A stretch of 64,000 nt of DNA from Thermotogota bacterium (GTDB taxonomy: Bacteria > Bipolaricaulota > Bipolaricaulia > UBA7950 > UBA9294): positions 17,997-81,996 of the forward strand of contig JBDKUT010000163.1 of the NCBI GenBank assembly GCA_039679545.1, given 5' to 3'. The position numbers and the translations under genes were made by a program. Positions 1 to 9,957 of this stretch are shown piece after piece; the stretch's first letter is position 1; the number at the start of each line of letters is the position of its first letter. Below the pieces are notes generated by a model that did no database searches, was not told where the DNA came from, and saw nothing but the letters and a program-made list of their open reading frames with translations.

Positions 1-27
1 AGGCGGGAGGGATTGCTTCCGCGATGA

Positions 28-60
28 GCGGCCCCCACAAGTGGGGCCGCTTTCTTCTTT
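28..60 (+). terminator. Rho-independent terminator-like hairpin (gcggcccc / loop / ggggccgc followed by tttcttcttt), presumably terminating a gene upstream of the window
   Basis: 8-bp GC-rich perfect stem with ~7-nt loop followed by T-rich tract, read directly from sequence; coordinates +/-2. Confidence 0.5.
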
Positions 61-146
61 GCGAACCCAGGGCTCGCTCCGCGCCGCGTCCGGTTGCCCG
101 AGCGTACGGAGCTTGTATGATGAGTCCATCGAGGAGGCGATAGCCC

Positions 147-1157
147 ATGAGGCGTTCCATGCCGCGCACGTCGCTGACCGTGGCCATGCTTCTGGCCGTC
201 GCGCGCATCGCCGGGAGCCCTGGAACCACCGAACTCGCAGCTCCTCCGCTCGCCGTCGCCCTCCACCACACCCTTGAAGTCTCGCCCGATTGGGTTCACC
301 TCCTCGCCTTCCTCCCGGGGAATCGGCTCCTTGCCGCAAGCTGGCGCGAGGCCCGAATCTGGGACACGGAGGCGTGGGTCTGCATCGCCCGCCTGGAACG
401 GGACGGCGGACCGGGTGGCGTAATCGGAGTCTCGCCGGACGGATCGATTCTTCTTATCCACACGAGCGCGGGCAAGGTCGAAGTCTGGGATGCGGTCAGC
501 CTCGAACGGCGGTCGACCCTGTGCCCCCTTGAGGGATCCCACCGCCCACGGACTGCCTTCAGCCCTGACGGGCTCCTCGTTGCGATCAAGACGCAGAGCC
601 ACGACGCCGAAATCTGGGACCTTGCCTCCGGCCGATTGGTGTACGCCCTTCCGGGCGACACGTCGAGCCTGTTCAGTCTCGCGTTCTCTCCCGACGGCCG
701 CCTTCTGGCCGCAGGAACGGGACGCATCGAAGGCACGGCCAATGCGTGCGTCGTCCGAATCTGGGACGTAGCGACCGGATCCCTGGTTGTCACAGTCCCC
801 GCACCCGCCATCGCCAACGCCCTGGATCTCGACTTCGCCCCCGACGGATCGACGCTCACCGCGTCCGGGACCTACGGGATCCTCACGTTCAGCACAGCGA
901 CGTGGGCCCAGATCCAGGACATCGCGGGGCACCGGGCGTGGAGCCACGGCACCGCCATCTCCCCCGACGGGGACCTCCTCGCGAGCGCCGGTGACGAGGG
1001 TGGGGTTCGCTTTTGGAGCCCTGAATCCGGCGTCCTGCTCGCCGAGTTCCCGCTCCCGGACAAGGTGAGCGCCGTCGCCTTCTCGGGCGACGGCACGCTT
1101 CTCGCGTGTGCGGCGAGCAACGGGTCGATCTACATCCTTGGTCTGAGGGGCAGGTAG
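147..1157 (+). CDS. WD40 (beta-propeller) repeat protein with N-terminal signal peptide
   Basis: Repeated SPDG / FSPDGxxLA...IWD blade motifs; hydrophobic N-terminus; strong RBS GAGGAGG 8 nt upstream of ATG. Confidence 0.75.
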   Translation: MRRSMPRTSLTVAMLLAVARIAGSPGTTELAAPPLAVALHHTLEVSPDWVHLLAFLPGNRLLAASWREARIWDTEAWVCIARLERDGGPGGVIGVSPDGSILLIHTSAGKVEVWDAVSLERRSTLCPLEGSHRPRTAFSPDGLLVAIKTQSHDAEIWDLASGRLVYALPGDTSSLFSLAFSPDGRLLAAGTGRIEGTANACVVRIWDVATGSLVVTVPAPAIANALDLDFAPDGSTLTASGTYGILTFSTATWAQIQDIAGHRAWSHGTAISPDGDLLASAGDEGGVRFWSPESGVLLAEFPLPDKVSAVAFSGDGTLLACAASNGSIYILGLRGR

Positions 1158-1186
1158 AAACCTCACGCCACGCGTCGGCCTCGACG

Positions 1187-1774
1187 TCACGATGCGGCGC
1201 GGCGCGCTTCGATCGCTGTGCGAATTGCTTCTGCGTTCTTGGCTCGGTAGTGGTAGCATCGCGCGCCGGTGACGACTCGACCGTCGATCACCGGGGGATG
1301 GTCCTGCCCCACAAACAGTCCGCCCGCCTTCTCGATGGCGTCCTTGTCGTTCATGTGTCCCACGATCTGTTTCCCCGCGATCACGTCGGCGGCCGCCAGC
1401 ACGCGCACGCCTCGACACCAGCCGGAGATCACCAGCCCCGCCTCGCTTGCCTGCCGGAGCAGCTGCATCGCCCTCGGGGAGGCGATGAGCCCCGTGTACG
1501 CGGGACCCGGGAGCACGGACACGGCGTCGTAGGTTGCGATGTCGCCGATTTCGTCGATCGTACGGTCGAGAGCGAGAGGCGCCGCACCTCGCTCGGCCGC
1601 GAATCCGCACGGGCGGACGACGCGGTCGACCCCGGCGAGGGTTGCCTCCCACCCGTAGCTCGCGAACTTGTCGAGGATCGAGAGCTTCTTCTCACTGGAC
1701 GTGCAATTCGCACCGTAGAGGTCCCCCACGAGGAGAAGGATGCGCACCGGGCTCTTCTTCGTCTTCTCCGCCAC
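1187..1774 (-). CDS. DJ-1/PfpI (class I glutamine amidotransferase-like) family protein
   Basis: ORF 1187..2026 trimmed to GTG at 1774 preceded by AAAGGAGA; N-terminal VRILLLVGDLYG and overall fold-like pattern of DJ-1/PfpI; family-level call only. Confidence 0.55.
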   Translation of the reverse strand: MAEKTKKSPVRILLLVGDLYGANCTSSEKKLSILDKFASYGWEATLAGVDRVVRPCGFAAERGAAPLALDRTIDEIGDIATYDAVSVLPGPAYTGLIASPRAMQLLRQASEAGLVISGWCRGVRVLAAADVIAGKQIVGHMNDKDAIEKAGGLFVGQDHPPVIDGRVVTGARCYHYRAKNAEAIRTAIEARRAAS

Positions 1775-1976
1775 GCGATCTCCTTTCGCACCGCCTGTGC
1801 GACTCCAATGCCGACATGATCCCTCCTTTTCGTCTCCGTGACGTCTCCGCAACGACGCGGACGACGTGAGCGGAAGCGAGACGGGGTGGGCGCCCAACGC
1901 CACGGGTCTCCCGATCTGCGGCTCGGAATCGCGTACCATGGAGGCAAACGGGAGAACGGGAGAGGAGAGTAGGGCC

Positions 1977-3809
1977 GTGGCGCTTCTGGCTGTGCGGGAT
2001 CTCGGGAAGACGTACGCGTCGCACACGCTGTTCGAGCGCCTCTCCCTGACGTTTCACGCCGGCGAGCGCGTCGGTCTCATCGGGCCGAACGGAGCGGGCA
2101 AGTCGACCCTGCTGCGGATCCTCGTCGGCCTCGAGACGCCCGACTTGGGAGTCGTCGAGCGCGCCCGAGACGCGCGCATCGCCTACCTGCCCCAAGTCGA
2201 CGCCTTCCCGGCCGGTGTCACCGCCGAGGACGCGCTCTACGCGGCGTCTCGCGAGGTCCCCGCCGAGGAGCACGAGCAGACGGTCCGCGCCAAGAAGATG
2301 CTCCGTCGCGTCGGCTTTGAGCGCGGCGACGTCCGCGCTGACTCCCTGTCTGGCGGATGGCGCAAGCGCCTCGCCATCGGATGCCGCCTCGTTCAAGAGC
2401 CGGACCTCCTCCTGATGGACGAGCCCACGAACCACCTTGACCTCGCAGGCATCGATTGGCTCGAGCGCTTCCTCGAGCGCGCAAACCTCGCGTACGTCGT
2501 CACGAGCCACGATCGCTACTTCCTCGAACGGGTCACGGACCGCATCGTGGAGATCAACCGCCGCTATCCGGACGGGTTCCTCAGCGTCTCCGGGCACTAC
2601 AGCGACTTCCTCGAGAAGCGAGAGGCGTTCCTGCACATGGAGGACGCCGAGCGCCAGGCGCTCGCCACCGAGGTTCGCCGCGAGATCGACTGGCTTCGCC
2701 GCGGACCGAGCGCGCGAGAAACGAAGTCCGCGGCTCGGATTGGCTCGGCAAAGGAGAAGATCAGCAAGCTCGCCGAGGTCGGCCGCCGGCAGCGAAGCGA
2801 CGGGCGAATCGAGATCGACTTCGCGGCCAGCGGTCGGCGCACGCACGACCTGGTCACGGCCAAGGGGATCTCGAAGGCGCTCGGCGGCCGAGACCTCTTC
2901 AGGAATCTCGACCTCCACCTCTGCCGCGGAGATCGACTTGGAATCGTAGGGAACAACGCAACCGGGAAGACGACGCTTCTCCGAACGCTCGCTCGTCTCT
3001 CGCCGCCCGACATCGGAACGGTGAGCCACGCGACGGACCTTCGCATCGCGCTCTTCGATCAGCAGCGCGACCAGCTCGACCCGAGCGAGCGCCTCCGCCG
3101 GGCTCTCTCGCCATCGGGCGACACCGTTTCCTACCTCGGCCGGAAGTCGCACATCGTCGCGTGGGCCAAGCGGTTCGGCTTCCGCGCCGATCAGCTCGAC
3201 ACACCCGTCGGCGAGCTGTCGGGAGGCGAGCAGGCGCGGGTCCTGATGGCGCTCATGATCCGCGAGCCGGCCGACGTTCTGATGCTCGACGAGCCCACGA
3301 ACGACCTCGACGTCTCGTCGGTCGAGGTCCTCGAGAGCGCGCTCCTCGAGTTTCCGGGCGCCGTCGTCCTGATCACCCACGACCGGTACATGCTCGATCG
3401 CGCCTGCACCGACCTCGTCGGGCTTCACGGAGACGGCCGCTGGGCCAACTACGGAAGCGTCGCTCAGTGGATGGAGCGGGAGACGGAGATCCGCGCCGAG
3501 CGGCAATCTGCAGGCGAAGCCGACGCGCGGAAGTCCGGCGCAAAGGACAGGCGGTCCGCGACGGACGTCGACCCTTCGCCGAGGCCCGGCCTCACCTACC
3601 TCGAGAAGAAGGAGTGGGAGACGATCGAGGAGCGGATCCTCGCCGCCGAGCAGGACGTCGAACGCCTCCGGGCGGATCTCGACGATCCCGCCCTGGCCTC
3701 CGACCACGAGAAGCTCCACGCGGCCTACGAGGTCCACCAGGCCGCACGTCGCGAGCTCGAGGCTTTGTTCGCACGATGGCAGGAGCTCGAGCGCAAGTTG
3801 CTCGGGTAG
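1977..3809 (+). CDS. ABC-F family ATPase (tandem ABC domains, no TMD; EttA/Uup-like translation factor type)
   Basis: Two Walker A ([18 protein letters not shown]) and two LSGG signature motifs; C-terminal coiled-coil-like region; GTG 1977 with GGAGAGGAGAG RBS (alternative ATG at 1938). Confidence 0.85.
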   Translation: MALLAVRDLGKTYASHTLFERLSLTFHAGERVGLIGPNGAGKSTLLRILVGLETPDLGVVERARDARIAYLPQVDAFPAGVTAEDALYAASREVPAEEHEQTVRAKKMLRRVGFERGDVRADSLSGGWRKRLAIGCRLVQEPDLLLMDEPTNHLDLAGIDWLERFLERANLAYVVTSHDRYFLERVTDRIVEINRRYPDGFLSVSGHYSDFLEKREAFLHMEDAERQALATEVRREIDWLRRGPSARETKSAARIGSAKEKISKLAEVGRRQRSDGRIEIDFAASGRRTHDLVTAKGISKALGGRDLFRNLDLHLCRGDRLGIVGNNATGKTTLLRTLARLSPPDIGTVSHATDLRIALFDQQRDQLDPSERLRRALSPSGDTVSYLGRKSHIVAWAKRFGFRADQLDTPVGELSGGEQARVLMALMIREPADVLMLDEPTNDLDVSSVEVLESALLEFPGAVVLITHDRYMLDRACTDLVGLHGDGRWANYGSVAQWMERETEIRAERQSAGEADARKSGAKDRRSATDVDPSPRPGLTYLEKKEWETIEERILAAEQDVERLRADLDDPALASDHEKLHAAYEVHQAARRELEALFARWQELERKLLG

Positions 3810-3921
3810 CTTTGCAGGCCGGCACCGTTTTGGCTTCGCCTTCCTTGACAACTACGATCAATGATCTCAGGCGAGCAAAGGGTGCATCCCCTGGGTGGCG
3901 AAGCATCGGCTAGGAGGGAGC

Positions 3922-5238
3922 ATGAATGCAGGTAGGGTGGTGTCGATTGTCGTTGGATCGCTGCTGATTCTCGTCGCGATCGGGCTTCTGCTGGGCGGCG
4001 GATCGTTCCTCTTTCTGGAAAGCATGTACGCGGACGACGACGGCTTCTTGTCGCTCAACTCGATCACCCTTCATCGCGACACGTTCGCCATTGCCGCGCC
4101 CGCGTCCATTGCAGACGACTGGGCATGGATGTGGATGTCCCCGGCCACGCTCCGCGTCGAGGCTAGGGCCGTCTCGCCACACGGCGGGATCTTCGTCGGC
4201 GTGGCACCCCGCGACAAGGTGGAGGCCTACCTGCAAGGCGTCCCGTACGCGGAGATCGATCAGTTCCGGTTCGGGAGAGGCCCAGGAGACGCGATCGAGT
4301 ATCACGACCGAGCCGGCGGTTCCGTTCCCACGGCGCCGACTTCGCAGTCGTTCTGGCGAGCCGCCGTCACGGGCGAAGGGCCGCAGACGCTTCTCTGGGA
4401 CATCGAGGCCGGCGACTGGGTTCTCGTCGCCATGAACTCCGACGGCTCGCGCGTCGTCGACATCTCCGGCTCGATCGGAGTCAAGGCTCCCTGGCTCCAC
4501 GGCGTCGGAATCGGGCTGCTCGTGGCCGGCCTGATTCTCCTCGCCATCGGCCTCGCCCTCGTTCTCTTCGTCGCGCGGCGCGTGCGCGCCGTGCCGTCCG
4601 CCGATCAGGCGGTCTCACCCACGGAACCGTTCCCATCGGGGACCTTCCCGCTCACCTTCCGAGCTGAGAAAGACGACGCCCTCTCCCCGGCGCTCTGGCT
4701 CGTCAAGTGGTTCCTCCTGATCCCGCACTGCGTCGTCCTCGGCTTCCTCTTCGTCGGGTTCGCGGTGTCGTGGCTCGTGTCCCTCTTCGCGATCCTGTTC
4801 ACCGGCCGGTACCCGCGGGGGTTGTTCGACTACAACGTTGGCGTTCTCCGCTGGGCTTGGCGCGTCGGCTACTACGGATACCAGGCACTGGCAACAGACC
4901 GCTACCCGCCGTTCACGCTCCACGCCGGCGGCTATCCCGCAGACCTCGATGTGGTTTACCCCGAGCGGCTCTCGCCGGGCCTCGTCCTCGTCAAGTGGTG
5001 GCTTCTCGCCATCCCGCACTACGTGGTCGTGGCGTTCCTGCAGGGAGGAGCAGGCGTGTGGCGCATCGGCCTAGTCCCCATCCTGTCCGTCTTCGCCGGC
5101 GTGATGCTCCTCTTCACGGGCAGGTACCCCGAGGACCTCAGGCGCCTGATCGTGGGCATGGACCGCTGGACGTACCGAGTCTTCGCCTACGCGGCGCTCT
5201 TGACCGACGCGTACCCGCCGTTCCGGCTCGATGAATAG
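3922..5238 (+). CDS. Membrane protein with extracytoplasmic N-domain and two tandem DUF4389 modules
   Basis: TM helix then ~190 aa, then two repeats each containing FTGRYP...RW..RV..Y...LTDxYPPF; AGGAGGGAG RBS before ATG 3922. Confidence 0.7.
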   Translation: MNAGRVVSIVVGSLLILVAIGLLLGGGSFLFLESMYADDDGFLSLNSITLHRDTFAIAAPASIADDWAWMWMSPATLRVEARAVSPHGGIFVGVAPRDKVEAYLQGVPYAEIDQFRFGRGPGDAIEYHDRAGGSVPTAPTSQSFWRAAVTGEGPQTLLWDIEAGDWVLVAMNSDGSRVVDISGSIGVKAPWLHGVGIGLLVAGLILLAIGLALVLFVARRVRAVPSADQAVSPTEPFPSGTFPLTFRAEKDDALSPALWLVKWFLLIPHCVVLGFLFVGFAVSWLVSLFAILFTGRYPRGLFDYNVGVLRWAWRVGYYGYQALATDRYPPFTLHAGGYPADLDVVYPERLSPGLVLVKWWLLAIPHYVVVAFLQGGAGVWRIGLVPILSVFAGVMLLFTGRYPEDLRRLIVGMDRWTYRVFAYAALLTDAYPPFRLDE

Positions 5239-5250
5239 CGCGGCCTTACG

Positions 5251-5913
5251 CTACGCCGCGCCGCTGTCGTACAGCGTCCGCTCGAGGTCGGCGAAGGTCT
5301 CGTAGACGGGCACGCCGAGGGTGCGGAGGCGATTCCCCGACTGATGTCCCCGTGCAACGAGAACCGCGGAAACTCCAAGGTCGCGGGCGACATCGACGTC
5401 GTGGTCCGTGTCGCCGATCAGGAGGGTTTCGCTCGCGGAGAGGCGGAATCGCCCGAGGAGTTCCCTTCCTCGCACGATCTTCGAATCGGCCATCCGATGG
5501 TCGAGCCCGTAGATCGCCTCAAAGTGTCCGCCGATGTCGAGACGTCGGAGCGCCTCACGCAACGTTGTCTCCTCCATCGCGGAGAGGACGAACTGGCGGA
5601 CCCCAGCCGTCTCCAGTCGCTCAAGGACTGCCCGCACCCCGGCATGAAGGCCGCACGCGGGCGCGCCCGCCAGGTATACGTCGTGGAACTCGTCGGCAAG
5701 CCCCGCCATCGTTTCGACCGAGAGATCGAAGCCAAGCTTGCGATGGTAGTCGGCCAGAGGGAAGCCAAACACCTGCCGGTACTCGTCCAGGCTCAGGGGA
5801 GCGAGTCGACGCCGTGCCAGCTGGACGTTGATCGCCTCGACCGCGAGCGCGCAGTCGTCGACGAGTGTGCCATTAAAGTCCCAGATCACCGACTGCCAAC
5901 GTATCGTACTCAC
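5251..5913 (-). CDS. HAD-superfamily hydrolase (phosphoglycolate phosphatase-like)
   Basis: Motif I region VIWDFNGTLVDD, cap domain, C-terminal GDTDHDVDVARDLG; GTG 5913 with GGAGGTGG RBS. Confidence 0.75.
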   Translation of the reverse strand: MSTIRWQSVIWDFNGTLVDDCALAVEAINVQLARRRLAPLSLDEYRQVFGFPLADYHRKLGFDLSVETMAGLADEFHDVYLAGAPACGLHAGVRAVLERLETAGVRQFVLSAMEETTLREALRRLDIGGHFEAIYGLDHRMADSKIVRGRELLGRFRLSASETLLIGDTDHDVDVARDLGVSAVLVARGHQSGNRLRTLGVPVYETFADLERTLYDSGAA

Positions 5914-6073
5914 GTCGCGGTCCCCACCTCCGTGACGCAATGGTCGCCGAAGCCGCACCGCCGCGCACGCGGCGGTGACGGCCAGTCCAGCCAATACGTA
6001 GAAAGACAGGGCGGCGGCCGTACCGCACCGCCGCCCGCAGTTTCAGACTACCTCGCTCCTTCGCCGTCGCTTT

Positions 6074-7426
6074 CTAGCTGCTCGCCTCAACCCAGATGAA
6101 GCCAGGGCCGTCGATCTGCGACGAGTCCTTTGTCCCCATCAGGGTCGACTGGCACGGGGAGTTGCCGACCACGCAGGCGTGGAACGTGTTGTTCGAGTAG
6201 TTCGCCCAGCCGATCATGTTCCCAAGCACGGCGATGCCGGTCGGGACGTTGACCTTCGACACTTCCGGGCCGGCAAGCTTCTCCGACTTCGCGGGGAACG
6301 ACCCGTTCAAGGAGCAGCGCCGAATCGTGTTGTCGCCTCCATTCGCCCAATAGAGGTAGCCGTCCACAACGCGGATAGCGCCAGGCTGGTCGACTCCGGA
6401 CACGACGGGACCTGCCACCGTGACGGCTTCATCGATCGTGCAGTAGGTCAGAAGGCGGGCACGACGAATCGTGTTGTCCCCGGCGTCCGCCCAGTAGAGG
6501 TAACCGCCCGCGACCTGGATGCCGTAGGGCTTTCCAAGGAGGAGAAGTGCATCGTACTTGCCGGTCTCTCGAGACACCATAGTTGGATCCTTCGCTACCG
6601 AGCCCTCCATCGTAATGACGCCGATCGTGCCGCCCATGTCCCCGCCCTGATTCGCCCAGTACAGAGTCTTCCCGCCGGCAACGCACAACCCGCTTGGCTG
6701 GTTGACGCCGTCATCCTTGTCGGCGATCTTGACGGGCAAATCCCCGCTGCCGACCTCCTTGGCGTAGATCGTGTTGTTGCCGTAGTTTGCCCAGACGACC
6801 CATCCTTCCGAGTACTGGATCCCGGTCGGCTTGTTCACATACGGGGCGCCTTCGGCCATCTTGATCGACTTCCCGTACATCCCGCCGGTCGAGTGTGCCC
6901 TGCGAATCGTGTTGTCGCCAATGTTCCCCCAATAAATCGTGAGCGACACCCCGAGCTGCGCCGGCTGGCCGGACTGGTTCTGCTGGCCGCCCGGCAGCGG
7001 CCATGGCCATAGCCACGGCCACCCTTGCGACTGGCCTTGTCCCTGTTGACTGCCTCCGCCGGACGGCATGACCCAGATGTAGTTCACCCTCGTCTGGGTC
7101 AGTCGGTACATCATTCCCTGCACGTTCAGCGTCAGCACCAGCCGAACGGTGTGCCATCCGACCACGTTGTACGTGTGCGTCGGGTTCTGCTCCGTCGCGT
7201 CGACCGTTCCGTCGTTCGTGAAGTCCCACTCGTACGCCAGAGCCGGCGCGGCGCTGAAGTGGACTTCCAGCGGAGCCGGCCCCGAGATCGGCGAGGCGCT
7301 GAAGTACGGCACATTGGGGGTATACCCACTCGCCAACCCGCAGGTTGCAAGCACCACGACGAACCCACTCAGCGCAGCGAGGCTCAGTCTGACAGTCCGC
7401 GCCCACCTTCGCGTTCTCTGTTCCAC
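6074..7426 (-). CDS. Secreted protein: PKD domain + Q/G/W/P-rich linker + six YWTD/LDL-receptor-class-B-like beta-propeller repeats
   Basis: Signal/lipobox-like N-terminus; PKD signature WDFTNDGTVDATEQNPTHTY; six LYWAN/DxGDNTIRR repeats; GTG 7426 after AAGGAGGA (alternative GTG 7456). Confidence 0.65.
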   Translation of the reverse strand: MEQRTRRWARTVRLSLAALSGFVVVLATCGLASGYTPNVPYFSASPISGPAPLEVHFSAAPALAYEWDFTNDGTVDATEQNPTHTYNVVGWHTVRLVLTLNVQGMMYRLTQTRVNYIWVMPSGGGSQQGQGQSQGWPWLWPWPLPGGQQNQSGQPAQLGVSLTIYWGNIGDNTIRRAHSTGGMYGKSIKMAEGAPYVNKPTGIQYSEGWVVWANYGNNTIYAKEVGSGDLPVKIADKDDGVNQPSGLCVAGGKTLYWANQGGDMGGTIGVITMEGSVAKDPTMVSRETGKYDALLLLGKPYGIQVAGGYLYWADAGDNTIRRARLLTYCTIDEAVTVAGPVVSGVDQPGAIRVVDGYLYWANGGDNTIRRCSLNGSFPAKSEKLAGPEVSKVNVPTGIAVLGNMIGWANYSNNTFHACVVGNSPCQSTLMGTKDSSQIDGPGFIWVEASS

Positions 7427-7862
7427 ACTCTCCTCCTTCGGGCGGCACGAGCGCACCGTGGCGCCGATTCCTCACGCCAGAAGTGCGTCTACTTGCTTCC
7501 GAGCACAACTACGTTCGGCTCGTTCGCAGGGAAAGGCTCGACGCGGACACCTCGCCGCCCTGATGCACCGGTGTCTGTAGTCAGCATTCTATGTCTGCTC
7601 GCAATTGATGGTTGTTTAGCTGCAATGCTATCTGGTACATCGTCTCTTGACAGTGGAACGGCCGATCCCTTAGGGTTCCGATGGGAAGGGCTCGAGCACG
7701 CGCGACGATGATGTTTCTCCAGCCCGCGGAGGCTCACACGCCGCGCACCAAATCCCGACATCCCCTCCTCACGCTGCGCACAGGACTGCCACAGGGCCAC
7801 CGCACTTCCGCCAACTCACGCCGGCACCCTGTCGTCATCCTATGCAGCACGAGGTGCAAGTC

Positions 7863-8231
7863 ATGAACAAACGAAGACTAAGCTGGATCGTCGGAATCGC
7901 CGCCGTGGGCCTGCTCCTTGCGGGCGCTGTCGGTCTCGCCGGCAACGGCTTCGGCCGCGGGGCGAGCAACGGGACACAGACGATGCCGTGCCAGGCGAAT
8001 CTCAATGCCGACACGGCATGTCCGGCGAACCTCGACGCCGACGGCGACGGAACCCCGAACGGCCAGGACCCCGACTGGGGCGCAACGTGCAGTAGAGCGG
8101 GGCTGGGAGCCGCGCTCGGTGGCGCAAACTGTCCCGCATCGTGCCCGAATGCCCAGGCCAGCGCCGGAAGCGGTCAGGGTGGCGCCCGTATGCAGGGCAG
8201 TTCCCGAGGGTGCGGAGGCGGCGGCTCGTAG
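7863..8231 (+). CDS. Small secreted Cys-containing protein with thrombospondin-type-3-like Ca-binding Asp repeat (DADGDGTPNGQDPD)
   Basis: Signal peptide MNKRRLSWIVGIAAVGLLLAGAVGLA; GAGGTG RBS; high GC3. Confidence 0.5.
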   Translation: MNKRRLSWIVGIAAVGLLLAGAVGLAGNGFGRGASNGTQTMPCQANLNADTACPANLDADGDGTPNGQDPDWGATCSRAGLGAALGGANCPASCPNAQASAGSGQGGARMQGSSRGCGGGGS

Positions 8232-8275
8232 CAGGTTCACCCGAGGCGTAGAGACCAGGAAGTGCGACGGGCGGC

Positions 8276-9685
8276 CTAACGGCCGCCCGTTCTTCTCTTG
8301 GGATGAACGCCAAGGCGCCCGTCCCGAGACGGGGCGGACGCAGTCGTCATCCGCCGGAGCTTGCGGACCTCAAGGACAAGCATGGGCATGACGATCAGAG
8401 CCGACACGAAGTCGGCGACCGGGAAGGCAATCCAGACGCCTTTTGTGGAGAAGTGCGACGAGAGGACAAGGACGGCAGGGATGACGAGAATGATGTCGCG
8501 CAGGAACGAAAGCGCGAACGCCCGCCCGGCCCGTCCCATCGCCTGATAAAAGCTGCCGACGATGGGCTGTAGCGCAAGAAGGGGAATCACTACGACGGTA
8601 ATCCGTAGTGCCACCGATCCCTCGGCAATCATCGCCGGATCCGAGCTGAACATGGAGAGGAACACGGTCGGCAGGAAGAGGAGCAGCGCCCAGGAGGCGA
8701 AAGCCAGTCCGATGGCGAGAACGAGGGCATGCTTGAGTGCTGAGATCACCCGCGGGTAGTTGCCCGCACCGTAGTTGTAGGCGTAGATCGGTTGGGAACC
8801 GTCTGCCACACCGAAGACCGGCATCCGGGCGAGGGTGACGATGCGGTTGATGACGCTATAGATCGCGAGCGCCACGCCGCCGCCGTACGCTCCGAGAGTG
8901 CGGTTGATAACGACCGCGGCCGCGCTCGAGGCGAAGATCCCGACAAACGAGGGCACTCCTACGCTCACGATCTCCCACGTCGTCCGCGCCTTGGGGACGA
9001 CGTTGCGCGGAGAGAAGCGAACCGACGTCTTCCTCTGCAGGACGCTGTAGACGTAGTAGGCCACGCCGATGCTCGAGGAAACCACCGTCGCCCAGGCGGC
9101 TCCCGCCGTTCCCATGTGGAGCACGAAGATGAAGATCGGCTCGAGGAAGATGTTGAGAATGCCGCCTACGATCATCGGGAGCGTGGCGCGCGACGCGTCC
9201 CCCTGCGCGCGGAGAACGGACATGAAGATCGATGGGAAGATGAAGGCGAACGAGCCCGTCAGGACCACGGTCGTGAACGAGTCCGCGTACGGGAGGACGT
9301 CCGGCGTCGCCCCAGCGAAGACCAGGAGCGGGCCTCGATAGAGTCGGCCGAGCACCGCCACGAGGATGCTGGCCACTGCTCCAAGCGTTACGGCGTTTCC
9401 GAAGGCCCGCTCTGCAAGCTGAAGGTCTCCCTTCCCCAGCGCGCGCGACAAGACGGAGGCGCATCCAGCGCCGATGAATTGCCCGATACCGATGACGACG
9501 AGGAAGATCGGGAACGCAACGCCGATCCCCGCCATGGCCAGGGTTCCCACCCCGCGTCCAACATAGATCGCATCGACAACGTTGTAGAACGCCAGGACGC
9601 CGAGTGAAACGATGGACGGGGTAGCCAGCCGCACAATCAGCTTCCGAATCGGGTCGATCCCGAGCGCCTTCGTCTTGTCCCGCAT
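8276..9685 (-). CDS. MATE family multidrug/oligosaccharidyl-lipid efflux transporter
   Basis: 12-TM profile, typical MATE N-terminus (LATPSIVSLGVLAFYNVVDAIYVGR), 469 aa. Confidence 0.9.
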   Translation of the reverse strand: MRDKTKALGIDPIRKLIVRLATPSIVSLGVLAFYNVVDAIYVGRGVGTLAMAGIGVAFPIFLVVIGIGQFIGAGCASVLSRALGKGDLQLAERAFGNAVTLGAVASILVAVLGRLYRGPLLVFAGATPDVLPYADSFTTVVLTGSFAFIFPSIFMSVLRAQGDASRATLPMIVGGILNIFLEPIFIFVLHMGTAGAAWATVVSSSIGVAYYVYSVLQRKTSVRFSPRNVVPKARTTWEIVSVGVPSFVGIFASSAAAVVINRTLGAYGGGVALAIYSVINRIVTLARMPVFGVADGSQPIYAYNYGAGNYPRVISALKHALVLAIGLAFASWALLLFLPTVFLSMFSSDPAMIAEGSVALRITVVVIPLLALQPIVGSFYQAMGRAGRAFALSFLRDIILVIPAVLVLSSHFSTKGVWIAFPVADFVSALIVMPMLVLEVRKLRRMTTASAPSRDGRLGVHPKRRTGGR

Positions 9686-9957
9686 CGGCTCGACTCCTTC
9701 TTCCTTGTGCCCCCCTCACCCGCCGGCGCCCGACGCTCTTCCGAGGCCACGTACCTTTCTCACACCGAAGTTAACCCACGTCGGCGCCCCTCGATCCCCG
9801 CTCCCATTGTCGCAGATCAGATCCTGCAACGCGAGCGCGCCCCCCCAAAAAAGCTCCTTTCTTCTCGTTAACACGAATCCCCTCGACAAGCGCCACCCGT
9901 CCTCACGGGCATGGTCCCCAGGCTTTCACGGAATCGACGGCGAAGCCCAATCCTCCG

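Noticed and set aside
1692-3851. 719-aa minus-strand ORF
   Set aside because: Antisense shadow of the ABC-F gene 1977..3809 in high-GC DNA. Arg/Pro/Gly-rich low-complexity translation with no motifs.
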